A DNA stretch of 64,000 nt from Limisphaerales bacterium (GTDB lineage: Bacteria; Verrucomicrobiota; Verrucomicrobiia; Limisphaerales; CAIMTB01). The notes below the pieces were generated by a model. The model was given only the letters and a program-made list of their open reading frames with translations, was not told where the DNA came from and ran no database searches. Below, piece after piece: positions 44,641 to 53,327 of this stretch. Position numbers and translations under genes: made by a program. Each line of letters starts with the position of its first letter. The first letter of the stretch is position 1. The DNA lies in the NCBI GenBank assembly GCA_050250555.1, contig JBFWOK010000008.1:4635-68634 (forward strand), read 5' to 3'.

Positions 44641-45963
44641 ATGACGCGACGAAGCGCATTCGCCCCCACGATTCGACCCCAGTCACCCGGTCCCCGGCGT
44701 GAGGGCGTCGACCGTCGGTCTCCGCGGTCCGCCCCGACGGCTGGGTTCTGGAACCAACTCGCCACCCGGATCCAGCCGAAGCTCGCCGTCAGTCCCGTCG
44801 ACGATCCGCTGGAACGCGAAGCGGATCGAATCGCCGACCGCGTGGTCGGGTCGACGACAGGGCCTGAGCCGACGGTGCAGCGGCGGTGCGCCTCGTGCCC
44901 GCCTGGCGCGGCGTCCTGTCCCGAGTGCGAGGAGGAAACTCCGGGGACCGGGAATGAGCCGGGTGTTGTTCAGCGATCCGCGGCCGGTCCGGTTCCTTCG
45001 GCGGCGACCGGCTCCGGCGCGTCCGCGACGGGGATATCTGGAACGCTTGGATCAGGCCGGCCGTTGGATGCATCCACGAGGGCCCACCTGGAGCCGCGAT
45101 TGGGTCGGGACCTGGGTGCGGTCCGGATCCACACGGGACCGGAGGCGGCCGACGCGGCCCGGGCGCTGAGGGCCCATGCGTTCACGCTGGGCCAGGACAT
45201 CGCGTTCGCGGAAGGCGCCTATGCTCCCGGGTCGACCGAAGGCCGCCGGCTGATGGCGCATGAGATCGTCCACACCATCCAGCAGGCGGACGGACTGGGG
45301 CCGAAGGTGCAATGCGACCGGGGCGACGAGGAGGAAGGCGGGACCTCCTGCCCGTCGGAGGAGGAACTGGATGAGATCGAGGCGAAATACCGGGCGATCG
45401 TGCAGAAGGGAAGGGACGAGGGCGCCGATGTGGCCGCCGACAACCTCGAACATTTCCTCGCGGGATCGGGCACACTTCGGACGCTCTCGGTTCCCTGGTT
45501 GCGAGGGTTCGAATCATTGACCGACGCCGAGGAGGTCAACGAGGAACGGTTCGAGGACAGCCTCAACGAGGAGTCCAATTCGATGGCGCACGCCGAAAGC
45601 CGCACGTTCAACGACTACTGGCACCGGCAGTTCACGGCGAGCCAGACCGAGGAACTCTACTACGCGAGTGGCACGAGCACGATCAGGTCGACGGGAACCT
45701 TCAATCTCAGTTGCATCGAGAACGTGGTCTCGATCCGGGGCAGCGTGGAGCATCACTGGTACGATCCCTACGACTGGCACGCGGGGCTCGCCGCCCATAT
45801 TCCAGGGTTCGGATATGTTTCGGACGAGGAGGCCTTGGCCATGCAGAATTGTCGCGGAGCCGCTCCCTTCCAAATGGAAGCCGACTGGACGCGGCGTCTC
45901 AGCGGCACGGTCACAGTGGGCACCTTGTGGAATGACAAGAGTTTCACCTGGAGCGGCCCGTGA
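44641..45963 (+). CDS. DUF4157 (eCIS-associated zincin-like) domain protein with an unassigned C-terminal domain; candidate eCIS effector
   Basis: 'VDDPLEREADRIADRVV' leader. 'LGRDLGAVRIHTGPEAADAARALRAHAFTLGQDIAFAEGAYAPGSTEGRRLMAHEIVHTIQQ' is the DUF4157 signature with HExxH. The C-terminal ~220 aa are unrecognised. Confidence 0.8.
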   Translation: MTRRSAFAPTIRPQSPGPRREGVDRRSPRSAPTAGFWNQLATRIQPKLAVSPVDDPLEREADRIADRVVGSTTGPEPTVQRRCASCPPGAASCPECEEETPGTGNEPGVVQRSAAGPVPSAATGSGASATGISGTLGSGRPLDASTRAHLEPRLGRDLGAVRIHTGPEAADAARALRAHAFTLGQDIAFAEGAYAPGSTEGRRLMAHEIVHTIQQADGLGPKVQCDRGDEEEGGTSCPSEEELDEIEAKYRAIVQKGRDEGADVAADNLEHFLAGSGTLRTLSVPWLRGFESLTDAEEVNEERFEDSLNEESNSMAHAESRTFNDYWHRQFTASQTEELYYASGTSTIRSTGTFNLSCIENVVSIRGSVEHHWYDPYDWHAGLAAHIPGFGYVSDEEALAMQNCRGAAPFQMEADWTRRLSGTVTVGTLWNDKSFTWSGP

Positions 45964-46036
45964 GTGAATTCCTGAGAACGCCTCGAAGTCACGCGGGCGC
46001 GGGCGCGGGTGTGAGCGCGGTTCCGGGTACGCTCCC

Positions 46037-47413
46037 ATGATGCTTCACACGCTCAACCGGTTTCTCGACGGACTTCCCCGCACGCGCGTGGGAACCGGCC
46101 ACCGTCCGGCCCCGGCGTTCCGAACCTGCGGCATCGTGGGCTTCTATGTGGCCCTCATCACGCTCTTCGCGGGGGGGTTGCTCGCCGGACGTTCCCTCGT
46201 CGTCCTGGCGGCGATCGCGCTCGTCAGTGGACTGTCGTTTTTCGTCTACACGTACTTGCGCAAATGGATCACGGGCCGAGAGGAACTGGTGCTTCTGGAG
46301 CACGTGTGGTTCGCGTACGCCTGCAATGCCGGCACCCTGCTCCTCCTTGGGGAGCCGCTTCTCCCCTACCTCGACCTTTTCAGTGTCGCCCTCTGCCCGT
46401 TCCTCGCCGCGGGCCGGGTCGGTTGCACGCTCGTCGGTTGCTGCCACGGACTTCCGTCCTCGTTCGGGATCAAGTACACGGAGGAATGCGCCGCCGACGG
46501 ATTTCCGAGGCATCTGGTCGGGATCCGGCTCTTCCCCGCGCCCACCTTGGAAGGCATCGGGTTGGTGCTGATCGGTCTGACGGGTTTGATCGCGCTTCCG
46601 TTCGCGGCGCCCGGCCGTGTGCTCGCCTGGTTCCTCCTCGCCTACGCGATCATGCGGTTCGGCCTCGAAGGCATCCGCGGCGATCGAAGGCCGCATTTTC
46701 TTGGGCTCTCCCAGGCGCGCTGGATGGCTCTCGGCGAGACGGGTCTCGCTCTCGGATTCGGAGCGGGGGTGCCACCCGCGATCGCGGGTGGTGTGGGCAT
46801 GGCCTTGCTGGTCACCCTGATCCTCGCGTTGGATCAGAAGAATCAGAACAACCCCCGCATCCGGCTCCTGGCACCGGAACACGTTCAGGAGCTACGAGAA
46901 CTCGCGCGCGATTTCGTCGGATCCAACTCCCGCAAGGCACCGGCCCGGCCGGAATCAAAGGCGACCTCCCGTGGAGTGACCCTGGCGGCCACCCCCCAAA
47001 CCGGGAGTCCGAATGCCGAGTGGCACGTGTCCCTTCGCCTGCCCACGGAACACACCGAACTGCCCCTTCTGTGCGAACTCGCGGCTCGGGCGTTTCCCGA
47101 GTTGCCGCCTCGCTCGGCGGCGGTCTCATCCGGACAGGTTCTCCATTTCGGCCTACCCTCCAACCTCCCGCCGAACGTCCCATCGTCTCATCAGTCCCAT
47201 TTGTCGCATTTGTCGCATCTCGGAACCGCCCTCTACGGCGTCGTTCTTCATAAGCTCCAGCACCCCAGCGAGCCTGAACCTTACGAACCCGCGCCTGCCC
47301 CACCGCCGGCACAGGTGCCCCACAACTTGAGCGCGACGCCACCCTGGTACCTGGCCGGTGGCCGCCCTCGTGTTGAATCTCCGGAGTCAGGCCCCGCGGG
47401 AGGCCCATCCTGA
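46037..47413 (+). CDS. Lgt (prolipoprotein diacylglyceryl transferase)-family-like polytopic membrane protein with a C-terminal soluble extension
   Basis: At least 6 TM helices. 'AAGRVGCTLVGCCHGLP' and 'RFGLEGIRGDRRP' resemble Lgt-family motifs. The C-terminal ~190 aa are non-membrane. Confidence 0.5.
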   Translation: MMLHTLNRFLDGLPRTRVGTGHRPAPAFRTCGIVGFYVALITLFAGGLLAGRSLVVLAAIALVSGLSFFVYTYLRKWITGREELVLLEHVWFAYACNAGTLLLLGEPLLPYLDLFSVALCPFLAAGRVGCTLVGCCHGLPSSFGIKYTEECAADGFPRHLVGIRLFPAPTLEGIGLVLIGLTGLIALPFAAPGRVLAWFLLAYAIMRFGLEGIRGDRRPHFLGLSQARWMALGETGLALGFGAGVPPAIAGGVGMALLVTLILALDQKNQNNPRIRLLAPEHVQELRELARDFVGSNSRKAPARPESKATSRGVTLAATPQTGSPNAEWHVSLRLPTEHTELPLLCELAARAFPELPPRSAAVSSGQVLHFGLPSNLPPNVPSSHQSHLSHLSHLGTALYGVVLHKLQHPSEPEPYEPAPAPPPAQVPHNLSATPPWYLAGGRPRVESPESGPAGGPS

Positions 47414-47429
47414 TTGATCTAAGAACGCC

Positions 47430-50400
47430 ATGGCCGCGTCGAAGATGCCCGGCAAGTCCGGACCCAAGGAGGGCACCGCGAGGGCGGATGCCTCGCCGAA
47501 GGGTTCGACCGCGTTTTCAGCCGGCAACGCCAATGCCCAATGGGACACGCTCGCGGTCGCGCCGCCCGTCGCCGTCGGGCTTCAGGCTTCAGCCCGCGCG
47601 GTGCAGCGAGCCGATGGGGACGCTCCACCCGCCGGGCCTCCCGCCGTCGGCGGGGTTCTGATCGCTTCGGACGACGCGTCCGAAGTTTCGGCCGGACAGC
47701 TGCGGAAGACGGAGTTTCTCGACGAGGCGCAACAGAGGATCTGCGAGGCGATCGATCCGATCCTCGCGGGCGCCGGCAGGAGTTCCGAAAACTGCCCCTA
47801 CCTGGGAACGGTGTTCCGATACCTTCGGAGGCAGTCGGCCGCCTACCTCGATGGCGCGATCCGGCAGTTCGCGCCCGAGTTGGCGGAAGCGACTTCGGCG
47901 CGGGATTACCTCCCGGGAATCGTTCGGCGCGTGACGGAGTCCGCCGATGGCTGGGTGAGAACCGGTCAGATCACGGGATTGCCTCCGGAGGTTCCGTCGC
48001 TGGCCGCGCTGGTTTCCGGGGACTTGAGCAGCCTCGACAGCCTTGCCGATCTCGGGGCTTTGCTTTCGCTGCAGTTCAAGGGGGATGGAACCGGTTCCGC
48101 CGCCCAGGCGCCGCATCCGGCCGCCGTTCAGGCCCAGCTGACCCATGGGCGGCCGCTGGACGGCGGAGCGGCTTCGCGGTTGGGCTCGGCTTTCGGCGCG
48201 GACTTCGGGGGAGTCAGGGTGCATTCCGATGCGCGGGCGGCAAGCCTCGCGCGGAATCTCGGAGCGCGAGCGTTGGCCGTCGGGACCGATATCGCGTTCG
48301 CACCCGGTCAGTACCAACCGGGAACGGTCGTCGGCGACGCGCTGATCGCCCACGAACTCGCGCACGTGCTTCAACAACGGAACGCGTCCCCGGACTCAGG
48401 AACTCGAACCGGGGATCCCACCTCATACAGGGCGCTCGAAGAGGACGCCGATCAGGCTGCGATCGACGCGATCGCCCGGGTCTGGGGCCGGGACGGGGCG
48501 GCCGCGGCTCCCTCCCTGCGCGGCGGCCTTCGCCTGTCCCGGTGCGGCGGGCCGGAGCCTCCGACCGCCGAGGAGATCGCCGAATTCCTGGCGACCCAGC
48601 ATCTGCGCATCGTCGTCATCCAGGAAACCCACGAGTTTCTCGCGGGCATGCGCAAGTCCGTCGCCGTGGCGGCGAACACTTCGGAGAACCTCGACGATGC
48701 CAATGTTCGCGAAGGGGACGAACTCATCCACGGCGGACTGGATTGGCCCCGGTTGCTTTCGGTCATCGTCGACATGCCGTCGCCTTCCGGAAGTGGACCC
48801 CGCTACGAAAGACCGTCGGCCCTGCACGCCAGGACGGGGAATTTCACCGTCCATTTCATGTCCGAGGGTGAGTACCACCTGACGGCCCACGTCTCGATCG
48901 GACCCGGACACCCCCCGGTTCAGGTCCGACGCACGATCTCGGTCCGGGCGCCCACGTTCCAGGCCGACTCCGAGTCCGAGGCGCCCGCGGATCTGTCGAG
49001 CGGCGCGCGCACGGTCGACGAGGAGCGGATGGCCTGGCACCTGCACCGGGCGGATGTGCGGCAGCGGGCCGCGACCGCGGGGTTCATCACGCAGGAGGTT
49101 GTCGACAGCTGGACCGATGTCGCGATCGCGGTGCTGCAACGGGTCGCGTTGCTGGAACAATCCCAGCCGCCGGGAACCACCCAGGCCGAGATCACGACGG
49201 CGCTCGACCGCTTCGCGTCGGAGGTCAATGCCCTGCCCGTTCAGATCGCCGCCGCGCGCGGAGTCGCCGCGAGCACGAGCGTTTCCGCGATCCGGACCGC
49301 CGTGGATGCGCTTTCGCGGGCATTCGACAATTGGGTCCTCGCGCGGATCGAGGCCGGGAGCAGCTCAGACCACGAGCTCTACAAGAGCCTCCAATTCGGA
49401 CTCCAGAGCGAGCAGGAGGTGGAAAACCTGGCCGCCCGGTCGACGGTTCCCCCCGTGAGGATTCCGGCGATCTTCCATCCGAAATCGGCCTACCTGCACC
49501 AAGGTTTGATCCCCACGAGCCCGATGAGCACCGGCCGTATCCTGTCGATGCCGCTCAATCTCTGGTTGTTCCGGGAGGGCACGCAGGAATGGACTCTCCG
49601 CGACATCTCGAATCCGGAGGAGACTTCGGAATACGACGTGACCACGGCCGACAGGGATGCGGCCATCAACGACCTGATCCGACAGCTCTCGGTGGATGAT
49701 GAACGGTTGCCGGAAGGACGGCTCTACATCCAGCCGCCCGGTCAGAGCCGACGCGCGATCAACGTCGTCAGCAGCATGGATTTCCTGGACTGGCTGACGG
49801 TCTTCGGGATCGGGCTCGTGGTCGCGGGAGCCATCGTCATGACCGCCGGCGCGGCGACTCCCGTGGTGGCGGCGGCCGGGGGTTACATGGTGGCTGCGGG
49901 TTCGGCGCTCACTGCCGCCGCGGCGATCGTCGATACGGTGCAGGTCTATGAGCGGGGACGGTTGACCGGAACCCGACTGGCGCTGAACGCGCTCCAGCTT
50001 GTCGCGTCCGTGGCCACCGCTGGATCCGCGACGATCATGGCCCGGGCGGCCCGGGTGGGTGCCCTGGCCCGACTGGGATCCAACGCCCGCTACGTCTTCC
50101 TCAACCGGACGGCCACCGCCGCCGACATCGTCACGCTCATCGTGATGACGGGCGACGCGGCGCGGCAAATGTCCCGCCTCTCCGGCAACAGCCAGAACGC
50201 GGGCATGATCGCGTCGATGCTCCTCGGGCAGTTGCTGATCCAGGGAACGTTGACCGTGGTCAGCGCCCGCGATGCTTTCGGGGGCAACATGTCGCGAAAC
50301 CCGCACATCTCGATCGACGACGCGATCGACGGGAGCGGCTTGGTCGTTCGCGCCGGCGTCGATGTTCCTTCACCGGCGCGCCTGGCTGGCACAGCGCCGG

Positions 50401-51950
50401 AACCTCCGCCGACCGGAGCCGCCCACGGGACCGACGTCCATCCGCTCACGAACCTTCGGGTCGATGGCACGGGGGCGACCGTGGGTGCGCTCGGACCAAG
50501 GCGTGTGGACGAGATCCTGACGGGGATGGCGCGCCATCGACGAGCCCATGGAGGCGTAATGACCCGGCTTGGGGAGAATCATTTCCAGATGGTCGTTCCA
50601 AGCCCGAGCGGACCGCAGACGGTCGAGATCCGGGTGCAGGTCACCGCGACGCTGCCGGACACTCCGTCCCATCGTCCGACCGGAGGCGGACCCAGCCAGG
50701 CGGGTGCGGCTCGATTGCAACTCGATCCACCGGGCACGGCGGGCGGGCCGTGGACGGCGACCGTGTTCCTCGACAACCGTCTTCCGAGGCCGAACGCCGA
50801 AATCAATCTCGCCGACGAGATCGATGAGATCGCGGGCGTCCTCCACAGCCGTCCGACCGCCACACGGGCCGAGGTGGCGGCGGAGATGGACAACAGCCTT
50901 TTCCGAAGGGGCGCCGGCGCGAATCCACCCGTCACCGCCGACGACCGCGCCACGGCCGGAGCCCTGTTCGAGCTGCATTCCCGTCGATTGCAGACGATGC
51001 GGCGCGCGGAGCCACTGCGGGCAAGAACCACGCCCACCGCGGACGAGGTCACCGAATTGGCGCGCCTGGATGCGGAGATCGCCGGCTATGATGTCAGCGT
51101 CGCCCGGCTGCAGGGGTACATGGCGCTCGATGAAGCGTCCAACATCGACCAGAAAATGATGATCCTGAGGCAGGCGGCCACGGATCCCGACCGCCTCGCG
51201 CGGGTTCCGCCCGCCGTGAGGCAGCAGCTGATGGAACAATGGGAGGATTTCCTGCGGGACATGCGCCTGCGTCCCGCGGCGACCACCCTGGGCATTCATG
51301 GCGGCTCATTTGGCGCGGGCGGCGTCGGGCCGACCGCCTACGCACCGCAGTCGGCCGCCCATCTGATGTATCCGGAGCCCCACGCCGCCGTGCCGAGGTC
51401 CTCGCCGGGTCAGTTCCGGGATAATGGCATCAGCGGCGGCCACCACGACGCGGCGCTCTTGGATTTTCAGAACAACCATCCCGAGTACGGCTACTTCTTC
51501 AGGCCCGAAGGAACGCCCGTGGTTCGGGGCGGACAGACCTATCGCCGTTACACGCAGTTCATGTGGACCGGCACGGGGAACCCGCCCGCCCCTGGGACCG
51601 CGGGGCATCCCAGCGGACGCGGAACGCTCGGTGCCGGATGGGTGGAGTCCGTCCAGCCGAAGACCACCGTCACGGACATCGGCGCTTTTCTGGAGGATTC
51701 CGAGCGGGCACTGTGGCAGTTCGTGCGCAATCCCACCCGGATCTACCGTGATGCCACAGGTGCCGCCATTGGAACGGGCCAGGCGAGATTCTTCGGTCCC
51801 ACGGCCCGGGGTGGGACAAGTATTCCGTTCACCCACACCCTCGCCGGAGGGCCGAGGATCTCCGGATTCTTCGACTTCGATCCGACCGCGGTGGGCGCCG
51901 CCCGGTTCCAGATTCGAACGGCCTTCATCGACGCGTCATGGATTCCGTGA
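47430..51950 (+). CDS. Giant (1506 aa) DUF4157-domain protein with central transmembrane/hydrophobic segments; candidate eCIS effector
   Basis: 'LGSAFGADFGGVRVHSDARAASLARNLGARALAVGTDIAFAPGQYQPGTVVGDALIAHELAHVLQQ'. A hydrophobic block 'WLTVFGIGLVVAGAIVMTAGAATPVVAAAGGYMVAAGSALTAAAAIV' is encoded at about 49776-49940. The C-terminal domain is unassigned. Confidence 0.8.
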   Translation: MAASKMPGKSGPKEGTARADASPKGSTAFSAGNANAQWDTLAVAPPVAVGLQASARAVQRADGDAPPAGPPAVGGVLIASDDASEVSAGQLRKTEFLDEAQQRICEAIDPILAGAGRSSENCPYLGTVFRYLRRQSAAYLDGAIRQFAPELAEATSARDYLPGIVRRVTESADGWVRTGQITGLPPEVPSLAALVSGDLSSLDSLADLGALLSLQFKGDGTGSAAQAPHPAAVQAQLTHGRPLDGGAASRLGSAFGADFGGVRVHSDARAASLARNLGARALAVGTDIAFAPGQYQPGTVVGDALIAHELAHVLQQRNASPDSGTRTGDPTSYRALEEDADQAAIDAIARVWGRDGAAAAPSLRGGLRLSRCGGPEPPTAEEIAEFLATQHLRIVVIQETHEFLAGMRKSVAVAANTSENLDDANVREGDELIHGGLDWPRLLSVIVDMPSPSGSGPRYERPSALHARTGNFTVHFMSEGEYHLTAHVSIGPGHPPVQVRRTISVRAPTFQADSESEAPADLSSGARTVDEERMAWHLHRADVRQRAATAGFITQEVVDSWTDVAIAVLQRVALLEQSQPPGTTQAEITTALDRFASEVNALPVQIAAARGVAASTSVSAIRTAVDALSRAFDNWVLARIEAGSSSDHELYKSLQFGLQSEQEVENLAARSTVPPVRIPAIFHPKSAYLHQGLIPTSPMSTGRILSMPLNLWLFREGTQEWTLRDISNPEETSEYDVTTADRDAAINDLIRQLSVDDERLPEGRLYIQPPGQSRRAINVVSSMDFLDWLTVFGIGLVVAGAIVMTAGAATPVVAAAGGYMVAAGSALTAAAAIVDTVQVYERGRLTGTRLALNALQLVASVATAGSATIMARAARVGALARLGSNARYVFLNRTATAADIVTLIVMTGDAARQMSRLSGNSQNAGMIASMLLGQLLIQGTLTVVSARDAFGGNMSRNPHISIDDAIDGSGLVVRAGVDVPSPARLAGTAPEPPPTGAAHGTDVHPLTNLRVDGTGATVGALGPRRVDEILTGMARHRRAHGGVMTRLGENHFQMVVPSPSGPQTVEIRVQVTATLPDTPSHRPTGGGPSQAGAARLQLDPPGTAGGPWTATVFLDNRLPRPNAEINLADEIDEIAGVLHSRPTATRAEVAAEMDNSLFRRGAGANPPVTADDRATAGALFELHSRRLQTMRRAEPLRARTTPTADEVTELARLDAEIAGYDVSVARLQGYMALDEASNIDQKMMILRQAATDPDRLARVPPAVRQQLMEQWEDFLRDMRLRPAATTLGIHGGSFGAGGVGPTAYAPQSAAHLMYPEPHAAVPRSSPGQFRDNGISGGHHDAALLDFQNNHPEYGYFFRPEGTPVVRGGQTYRRYTQFMWTGTGNPPAPGTAGHPSGRGTLGAGWVESVQPKTTVTDIGAFLEDSERALWQFVRNPTRIYRDATGAAIGTGQARFFGPTARGGTSIPFTHTLAGGPRISGFFDFDPTAVGAARFQIRTAFIDASWIP

Positions 51951-52333
51951 ACCTCGGTAACCTCGCGCTGCCGCTCGCTCCCGGCCCGGGTGGACCCCTG
52001 CTCGAGGGTCGGCCTCCCTGTCCCGTCGCGCTATCCGCCGTCGTCAATGGGTATTGCGGCGGCGGGATGCTGAAGGACCTCCGAACGGTGCTCGAATCGG
52101 GCAGCCGCGCCTCCATCGACCAGGCGGTATCGGTCGTCCGGCCGTATCCGGAGGACGACCTGGCCGCCTTGCGCGAGGACTGGGAAAAACTCACCGGACT
52201 TCCCGCCGGCGACGATGTGTACGTGCTCCGCGCGTCGTGGGAACGAAGGCGCTTTCTCATGCCCAGACACGCGCTTCTCGCGCTTCTCGATCAACTCGAA
52301 CGTGGGCACGCTGGCGCCTCGGAGATGCCCTGA
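51938..52333 (+). CDS. Small hypothetical protein (131 aa), candidate cognate immunity or accessory factor
   Basis: Its ATG overlaps the last 13 nt of the giant DUF4157 gene. No family recognised. Confidence 0.45.
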   Translation: MDSVNLGNLALPLAPGPGGPLLEGRPPCPVALSAVVNGYCGGGMLKDLRTVLESGSRASIDQAVSVVRPYPEDDLAALREDWEKLTGLPAGDDVYVLRASWERRRFLMPRHALLALLDQLERGHAGASEMP

Positions 52334-52824
52334 TGGACCTCGAATTCCTGGAGCGAACCGCCGCCGAAGCCGATGTCGAAAGCCCCGGGCAGGGTGGCCG
52401 CGTGGCCGCGGCGCTCGCCGTTCTCGCCGGGCACCGGGTTTTCGAGGCCGACACGGGCGCTGTCCGAGGCTATCCAACTCTCGAAGGCTACGTGCTGGCG
52501 GCCCGGGAATTGAAGGCCTACTACGGCAGCCCCGAACGCGCCGAGTACATCCAGCCCCTCGACGCTCCCCCGATCGTGGGAGGTCCCGTGTCGGTCGACT
52601 GGTTTCGGCGGAGGGTCCCGACGCCGGAAGGCCACACGCCGCTGGGCTGGCTGGCGTTCTGTGAGTGGATCCTTCGGACGTCGGAATTGCGAGCGGATCA
52701 TCCGGGCGAGTTCTATTCGAGGATCGCGGGAAGGACCTATTACCTCCGCTTCCGTCGCGAGGACGGGGTGAATCCCGCCCTCACCTGGGCGGAACCGATG
52801 AAACGCGGGGGGACGTACGACTAA
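52333..52824 (+). CDS. Small hypothetical protein (163 aa), second candidate immunity or accessory factor
   Basis: The ATG at 52333 overlaps the upstream stop (TGATG). Coding-like composition. No family recognised. Confidence 0.45.
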   Translation: MDLEFLERTAAEADVESPGQGGRVAAALAVLAGHRVFEADTGAVRGYPTLEGYVLAARELKAYYGSPERAEYIQPLDAPPIVGGPVSVDWFRRRVPTPEGHTPLGWLAFCEWILRTSELRADHPGEFYSRIAGRTYYLRFRREDGVNPALTWAEPMKRGGTYD

Positions 52825-52847
52825 GGGACAGGGTTTTCCATTTCATT

Positions 52848-52950
52848 TGGAGTGCGGCGCTCCGCGCCGCTTTGGATCGCCTCGGAGCGTCGAAGCCTTG
52901 CGAGCCCCCTACCAAATCGAAAGCGGTGCGGAGCACCGCAGTCCAAAGGA
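52848..52950. repeat. Type-B REP-like hairpin element (second copy) closing the eCIS locus
   Basis: 'ggagtgcggcgctccgcgccgctttggatcg...aaagcggtgcggagcaccgcagtccaaagg' is near-identical to 44370-44460. Confidence 0.85.
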
Positions 52951-53031
52951 GCCGGGCGGTCCGACTAAAGACCTGTGGTTCCTCGACAATTCCGGTGGGC
53001 AATCGGCCCAACCAATTTGCGCCTGGGGGTT

Positions 53032-53226
53032 GGGTCGCTCCTAACGGAGCTCAAGATCCTCAACATGCCGTACGCCTATAAATAGGTCGGCCCTACGGGC
53101 CTGGATGGCCCACGGTTCCCACGAACGGGCCTGTCCGTGGGCAATCCTGGCTCAAGCCCCGTGAGGGGCGACCCGTCTATAGAAGGCCGGCACCCAAGTT
53201 TCCCCCAAGCTCCGTAGGAGCGACCC
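53032..53226. repeat. Type-C inverted/direct repeat cluster in a non-coding region
   Basis: 'gggtcgctcctaacggagct' (53032-53051) is the inverse of 'agctccgtaggagcgaccc' (53208-53226). A direct variant 'agccccgtgaggggcgaccc' lies at about 53155-53174, and an internal hairpin 'gcccacgg...ccgtgggc' at about 53109-53141. Confidence 0.6.
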
Positions 53227-53327
53227 GTTCCGACGGCGTCTCACGCTGAGTTCCGGTCATCTCGACCTATCCACTGGAACCATCGAGGAACCAGACCTGT
53301 TCCTTGGTAGTCCCCGAGCGTGTCTCC

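Noticed and set aside
47430-51950. Assigning the C-terminal domain of the giant DUF4157 protein to a specific nuclease family such as EndoU.
   Set aside because: Only short motif-level resemblance ('GGHH', 'PKTT') is visible by eye, which is not enough without a profile or structure comparison. The domain is left unassigned.
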